Positions 23,667 to 27,390 of a stretch of DNA of 27,390 bases are shown here, in pieces. The notes under the pieces were generated by a model that saw only the letters and a program-made list of their open reading frames with translations, did not search any database and was not told where the DNA came from. The DNA comes from a virus (Duplodnaviria > Caudoviricetes). The position numbers and the translations under genes were made by a program. The stretch spans positions 1 to 27,390 of the IMG/VR virus record IMGVR_UViG_3300020044_004293, one strand, 5' to 3'. Numbering within the stretch: position 1 is the first letter of the stretch; every line of letters starts with the position of its first letter.

Positions 23667-24054
23667 CTCAATTGCAGTTGGAACATCGATGGCTAGACCA
23701 GAGTGTGTTTCATACTCAAGAGGCGGATGGAATTCATGGCAGTGGAACAAAGACTATTTGTCCAAAGCATCCGAAAAGCCAGCCAAAACTCTTATTATTT
23801 CTCTTGGTGCAAATGACCATGAGGGAGTAAAGACTGAGGTTGAGTTACGAAAAATGCGATCGACTGTGAAGGCTGATCGTGTATTCTGGATTAGTCTGGG
23901 TAAAGATCGTAAACAAAAACAGATGGCAGTCATCGAGAAGATTGCAGCTGAGTATGGTGATACGATTATTCCTAGACCAGAGGACAAGATGAGTCCAGAT
24001 AAGATTCATCCAACTCCGCAGGGCTATAGAGAAATCGCAAGGCAGACCAAATGA
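23641..24054 (+). CDS. SGNH/GDSL hydrolase
   Basis: GDS, GAND and DKIHP blocks. Confidence 0.88.
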   Translation: MLECLIVGDSIAVGTSMARPECVSYSRGGWNSWQWNKDYLSKASEKPAKTLIISLGANDHEGVKTEVELRKMRSTVKADRVFWISLGKDRKQKQMAVIEKIAAEYGDTIIPRPEDKMSPDKIHPTPQGYREIARQTK

Positions 24055-24233
24055 AGACGCTAAGAGAACAAGAGACCGAAGCAATTCTGCAGATGGGTGC
24101 AACTCATGACATGCAGAGAGAAGTAATCTTTCGATTACAAGCTGAGATCGATACACTACAACTGATGCTTCAGCAAGCCAACTCAAGAGTCCGAGAATTG
24201 GAATCACAAGTATTCGGTGGATCAGTAAAATGA
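24051..24233 (+). CDS. Small coiled-coil protein
   Basis: ATGA overlaps with neighbours. Confidence 0.6.
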   Translation: MKTLREQETEAILQMGATHDMQREVIFRLQAEIDTLQLMLQQANSRVRELESQVFGGSVK

Positions 24234-24526
24234 TAGATCCAATCTTCCAATCATATGACTATGCAATCGGTGGGAAGATGGTTGTTGGACGAGCAGAGAT
24301 GTCTGAAGAGTTTAAAATACTACTGGAAGATGGTGATTTCGATGCCAAGAAAGAAATCAAAAACCGATTAATCCACCAGATGGCAGAGTATATGTTAGAA
24401 CACAATCTGGTCGAGTTTACTTATCACGACGACCCAATAACATTCCGCAGAAAGATAGCAATCCGAGCATATCTCGCACCAAACGACCAAGTGAAGATTT
24501 TAAGACTAGCCAATAAGATATTATGA
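24230..24526 (+). CDS. Hypothetical protein
   Basis: ATGA overlaps with neighbours. Confidence 0.65.
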   Translation: MIDPIFQSYDYAIGGKMVVGRAEMSEEFKILLEDGDFDAKKEIKNRLIHQMAEYMLEHNLVEFTYHDDPITFRRKIAIRAYLAPNDQVKILRLANKIL

Positions 24527-24945
24527 GTAAGATTTTTGTTATTGCAGGTACTGGTGAAGAAGCCAGACGATGGATCAATTCTAACATTGAAAAGCGAGCC
24601 AAGAGTGGTGAAACAACCCTTTCACTCTCTGAATATTGCTATGTTGCCACCCCAGATAAACTAAAGGGAATTCGAGATCCCCATGGTGTATTTGTTGGGA
24701 ACTGGCTTGGCAGACCAGATATCCTAGAGATCGTAGAAATGCTAATGATGCAGAGTATCCATGTGAATCCTGCGCTGGGTAAAATCTACAAAGATTTACT
24801 GCCAAAGGTAAGACCAACTCCAAAGCAACCACCACTACATAAAGTCGCTGGTGGATATGCACTGGCAGTGGAAGATGCTGCAAGACTACTGGCTCAAGAG
24901 ATCGACAAAGAAGTAATTAAATCACTAATGAAGACAACAACATGA
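24523..24945 (+). CDS. Hypothetical protein
   Basis: ATGA overlaps with neighbours. Confidence 0.65.
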   Translation: MSKIFVIAGTGEEARRWINSNIEKRAKSGETTLSLSEYCYVATPDKLKGIRDPHGVFVGNWLGRPDILEIVEMLMMQSIHVNPALGKIYKDLLPKVRPTPKQPPLHKVAGGYALAVEDAARLLAQEIDKEVIKSLMKTTT

Positions 24946-25166
24946 CACAAGAAATAACCCTACATCGAGACGACCTAGAGAAGATTCTGAAAATGGTTGA
25001 TGCTCTGAATCCAGCTGATACGCTAAGACTATCTGCAGGCTATGTAACAATCTACTCTGATCAATCATCGGGAATTGGTCAACTAATCGATGCAGAGGTA
25101 GATGTAGAACTCAATGGCACTCACGGTAAATTCAAACAATCAATCGTAGACGAATCCTCATGGTAA
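24942..25166 (+). CDS. Hypothetical protein
   Basis: ATGA overlap; SSGIG motif; C-terminal ESSW. Confidence 0.65.
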   Translation: MTQEITLHRDDLEKILKMVDALNPADTLRLSAGYVTIYSDQSSGIGQLIDAEVDVELNGTHGKFKQSIVDESSW

Positions 25167-25633
25167 GAATCTACAGTGATCTACTGACTGAAGACGAACT
25201 ATCATTCGTCCAGAGAGAGATATCTGGGAATCACTGGGGCTATGGCTATATTTCAACTGATGCAAGCAAGCCAATCTGGAACTTTGATAAGCAACGAGGA
25301 AAGCCAGTAGCCGAACTCATTGCATCCAAACTGGACTATCGACTAACCGACTGGCACATCAATGGACAAACCATGGGACAATCTGGTTCTCCGCACAGGG
25401 ATGAGTACGACCAATGCGACACTGCATTCGTTTTCTTCTTTCAGGACTGGAACTATGAATGGGGTGGAAGATTGCATATATTTGATACAAACACGACAAT
25501 CATCACTCCACAAAAGAACACTGGAGTTTTATTCGATGCATCTCTATTGCACTATGCAGAAGCACCAGTGATCAATACACTAAGAATGTCAATCGGGCTG
25601 AAGTTACAGTCTACTCTATCTCCTACAGGGTAA
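25160..25633 (+). CDS. 2OG-Fe(II) oxygenase (prolyl hydroxylase-like)
   Basis: HRD, WGG-L, LLHYA and RMSI motifs. Confidence 0.85.
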   Translation: MVRIYSDLLTEDELSFVQREISGNHWGYGYISTDASKPIWNFDKQRGKPVAELIASKLDYRLTDWHINGQTMGQSGSPHRDEYDQCDTAFVFFFQDWNYEWGGRLHIFDTNTTIITPQKNTGVLFDASLLHYAEAPVINTLRMSIGLKLQSTLSPTG

Positions 25634-25636
25634 AAA

Positions 25637-25969
25637 ATGAATCCATCTGACTTAGTAATACAACTCCACGATCTGGCGAGAGAAACAAAGGATAATCGTA
25701 TAAGAAAGATTGCCGATGATCTTGCAGAGGTAGGTAAATGGATGGACGAGGATAAAGGCTATAGACTATCCACTCACGAGAAACAACAAGAATGGGCTAA
25801 GAGACGATGCTGGTGTCATACATGTCGACCAATAGATGCCAGTGATCCAGAATCCGTCTATATGAGGCTATGTCCTCTCTGTGGAAACAAACGATGCCCC
25901 AAAGCCACTAATCATATTCATGAGTGCACCAATAGTAATGAACCGAATCAAGCAGGAAGTATTTACTAA
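25637..25969 (+). CDS. Zn-finger-like hypothetical protein
   Basis: CWCHTC and CPLCGNKRCPKATNH---C motifs. Confidence 0.7.
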   Translation: MNPSDLVIQLHDLARETKDNRIRKIADDLAEVGKWMDEDKGYRLSTHEKQQEWAKRRCWCHTCRPIDASDPESVYMRLCPLCGNKRCPKATNHIHECTNSNEPNQAGSIY

Positions 25970-26175
25970 TGAAACTCTACGAAATAGCCTATCCAGACGA
26001 GAACAATAATGATGTAGTGGAGATACTAACAGAGGATGAAATCATTGCTTCATATTGGAACTACTGGAAAGAAAGAATGGAATCTGTTGGAAAGCACGAT
26101 GAGATTAGTAGAGAGAAATGTATCGAAGACTGGTGTGTTATACATTGGGCTGTTGAAGCAAATGTTCCTATTTAG
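25969..26175 (+). CDS. Hypothetical protein
   Basis: YWNYW--RM and CIEDWCVIHWA motifs. Confidence 0.65.
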   Translation: MKLYEIAYPDENNNDVVEILTEDEIIASYWNYWKERMESVGKHDEISREKCIEDWCVIHWAVEANVPI

Positions 26176-26230
26176 CCATGGCTATCGAAGTCCGAGAAAA
26201 TCGAGTTTAGTGTGTTTATGAGCATCTGAG

Positions 26231-26509
26231 ATGGCGTACAAGCAAAAAATCTGTCCAACATGTCAAGCGACGCACACCAAGCGTGGCGCATACTGTAGTC
26301 GCAGCTGTGGCAACACCAGACCAATGCCAGAGCACCAGAAAGAATCCATCCGTTCAGCCAAGCAAGAGTGGATGAATACTGACAAAGGCGAAGTGGCACG
26401 ATGGCAACTGAACAATCATGATGCGCCTGAGCCACCACTACCACCATCTGCTCCTCGTATAGGGAACAATCAATTCATTGCTGGTGGTGATCTATGGACT
26501 GAGGACTAG
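26231..26509 (+). CDS. Zn-finger-like hypothetical protein
   Basis: CPTC...YCSRSC. Confidence 0.65.
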   Translation: MAYKQKICPTCQATHTKRGAYCSRSCGNTRPMPEHQKESIRSAKQEWMNTDKGEVARWQLNNHDAPEPPLPPSAPRIGNNQFIAGGDLWTED

Positions 26510-26590
26510 TTTGCAAGTTGCAATTCTTATTTGATTTGCACTTGACGAACAGGTATACTAACTGTGTTAGGGATGATCGAGAGATAGAGA

Positions 26591-26619
26591 TTGTCTTTAA
26601 TTCCTCTCTGTAGTAAGAT
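26591..26619 (+). promoter_or_regulatory. Sigma70-type promoter
   Basis: TTGTCT-N17-TAAGAT with the shared TTAATT spacer start. Confidence 0.6.
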
Positions 26620-26638
26620 TATCCCTTTTGGAGAGATT

Positions 26639-26785
26639 ATGTATACAGTGACGACTAAGGATGGTAGTACTTTCGTTTTCGAGACTTTTGACGAAATCGC
26701 CGAGTTTTGGGGTGAGGTAGTGTGGGCTGATGGAGCCGAAGACGCAGAAATCTCGATTAAATTCAGTAATCCCATGAACGACTGA
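26639..26785 (+). CDS. Small acidic hypothetical protein
   Basis: SD GGAG before ATG 26639; MYTVTTKDG... Confidence 0.6.
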   Translation: MYTVTTKDGSTFVFETFDEIAEFWGEVVWADGAEDAEISIKFSNPMND

Positions 26786-26836
26786 GGGTTATTTTTCCCT
26801 TTAAAATCAACAACTTACGGATGGAGAAGAAAGTTG

Positions 26837-26865
26837 TTGTCCTTAATTCCGATTTGATCCATAAT
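26837..26865 (+). promoter_or_regulatory. Sigma70-type promoter
   Basis: TTGTCC-N17-CATAAT with TTAATT after the -35 box. Confidence 0.6.
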
Positions 26866-26896
26866 TCTCTTATTGAATCGAGAAAAGGAAGAAATT

Positions 26897-27390
26897 ATGA
26901 CTACTGTGACTGCTGTGGAATTTGACGCTAAATCTGGCAACTACTTCGCTAAAGTTGGTTCTAAGACCATCAAGTCTTACTCCAAAGCGTATGTGGAGCG
27001 CAAGCTGAAAGCCATGGTTGGCGACATCTCTGTGGCTGTTGCAGCTGCTGTTGAAAAATCCAACAAATACGACATTAACACTCGTTTCGGTTTCGTTGAG
27101 AAGTTGGTGAACATGGTTGCCACTGGTGTTCAACCCTCTGCTGTGATTACTGGTGAAGGTGGACTCGGTAAGACTTACACTGTCACGAAGACTCTTGAAG
27201 CAAATGGCTATAAAGACATTTCTGATCTGGCTGACTTCCAAGTGGGCTCTGTCATTAATTCACGTCGTTGTTTTACCATGATTAAGGGTTTCTCGACTGC
27301 CAAGGGTCTATATCGTACTCTGTTCGAGAACAACAAGTCTATCGTTGTGTTCGATGACTGTGATGCTGTTCTGAAAGATCCGATTGCACT
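26897..27390 (+). CDS. P-loop (AAA-type) ATPase, 3'-truncated (not in the ORF track)
   Basis: SD AAGGA; Walker A GEGGLGKT and Walker B VVFDD; runs off the window. Confidence 0.85.
   Translation, partial: MTTVTAVEFDAKSGNYFAKVGSKTIKSYSKAYVERKLKAMVGDISVAVAAAVEKSNKYDINTRFGFVEKLVNMVATGVQPSAVITGEGGLGKTYTVTKTLEANGYKDISDLADFQVGSVINSRRCFTMIKGFSTAKGLYRTLFENNKSIVVFDDCDAVLKDPIA

Noticed and set aside
214-27241. Numerous minus-strand and alternative-frame ORFs in the track (for example 5872-6249, 6879-7331, 20836-21219, 26870-27241)
   Set aside because: They shadow well-supported + strand genes or tRNAs, lack recognisable motifs, and oppose the uniform + strand promoter orientation.

Overview
A 27.4-kb segment of a large T4-like (myovirus-type) phage genome, with almost every gene on the + strand. 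Diagnostic genes are T4-type RNase H, DsbA, dCMP deaminase and GroES. From left to right: (i) an envelope/secreted module with a curlin-like protein, an autotransporter-like beta-barrel protein, an exported DRGH nuclease, a CHASE2 adenylate cyclase and a 3TM holin-like protein; (ii) genes driven by sigma70-type promoters; (iii) 29 CCA-encoding tRNA genes covering all 20 amino acids, interleaved with several stem-closed putative ncRNAs; (iv) 2OG-Fe(II) oxygenases, small ORFs and the start of an ATPase. The most interesting observation lies directly upstream of the tRNA array. A leaderless 39-codon ORF (13953-14072) uses 33 different codons and 19 of 20 amino acids, and its 3' end overlaps an antiterminator that is mutually exclusive with an intrinsic terminator. 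This is the layout of a ribosome-stalling attenuator, apparently built to sense shortage of almost any tRNA and switch on the phage tRNA operon. All calls were made by eye; no searches or folding programs were run.
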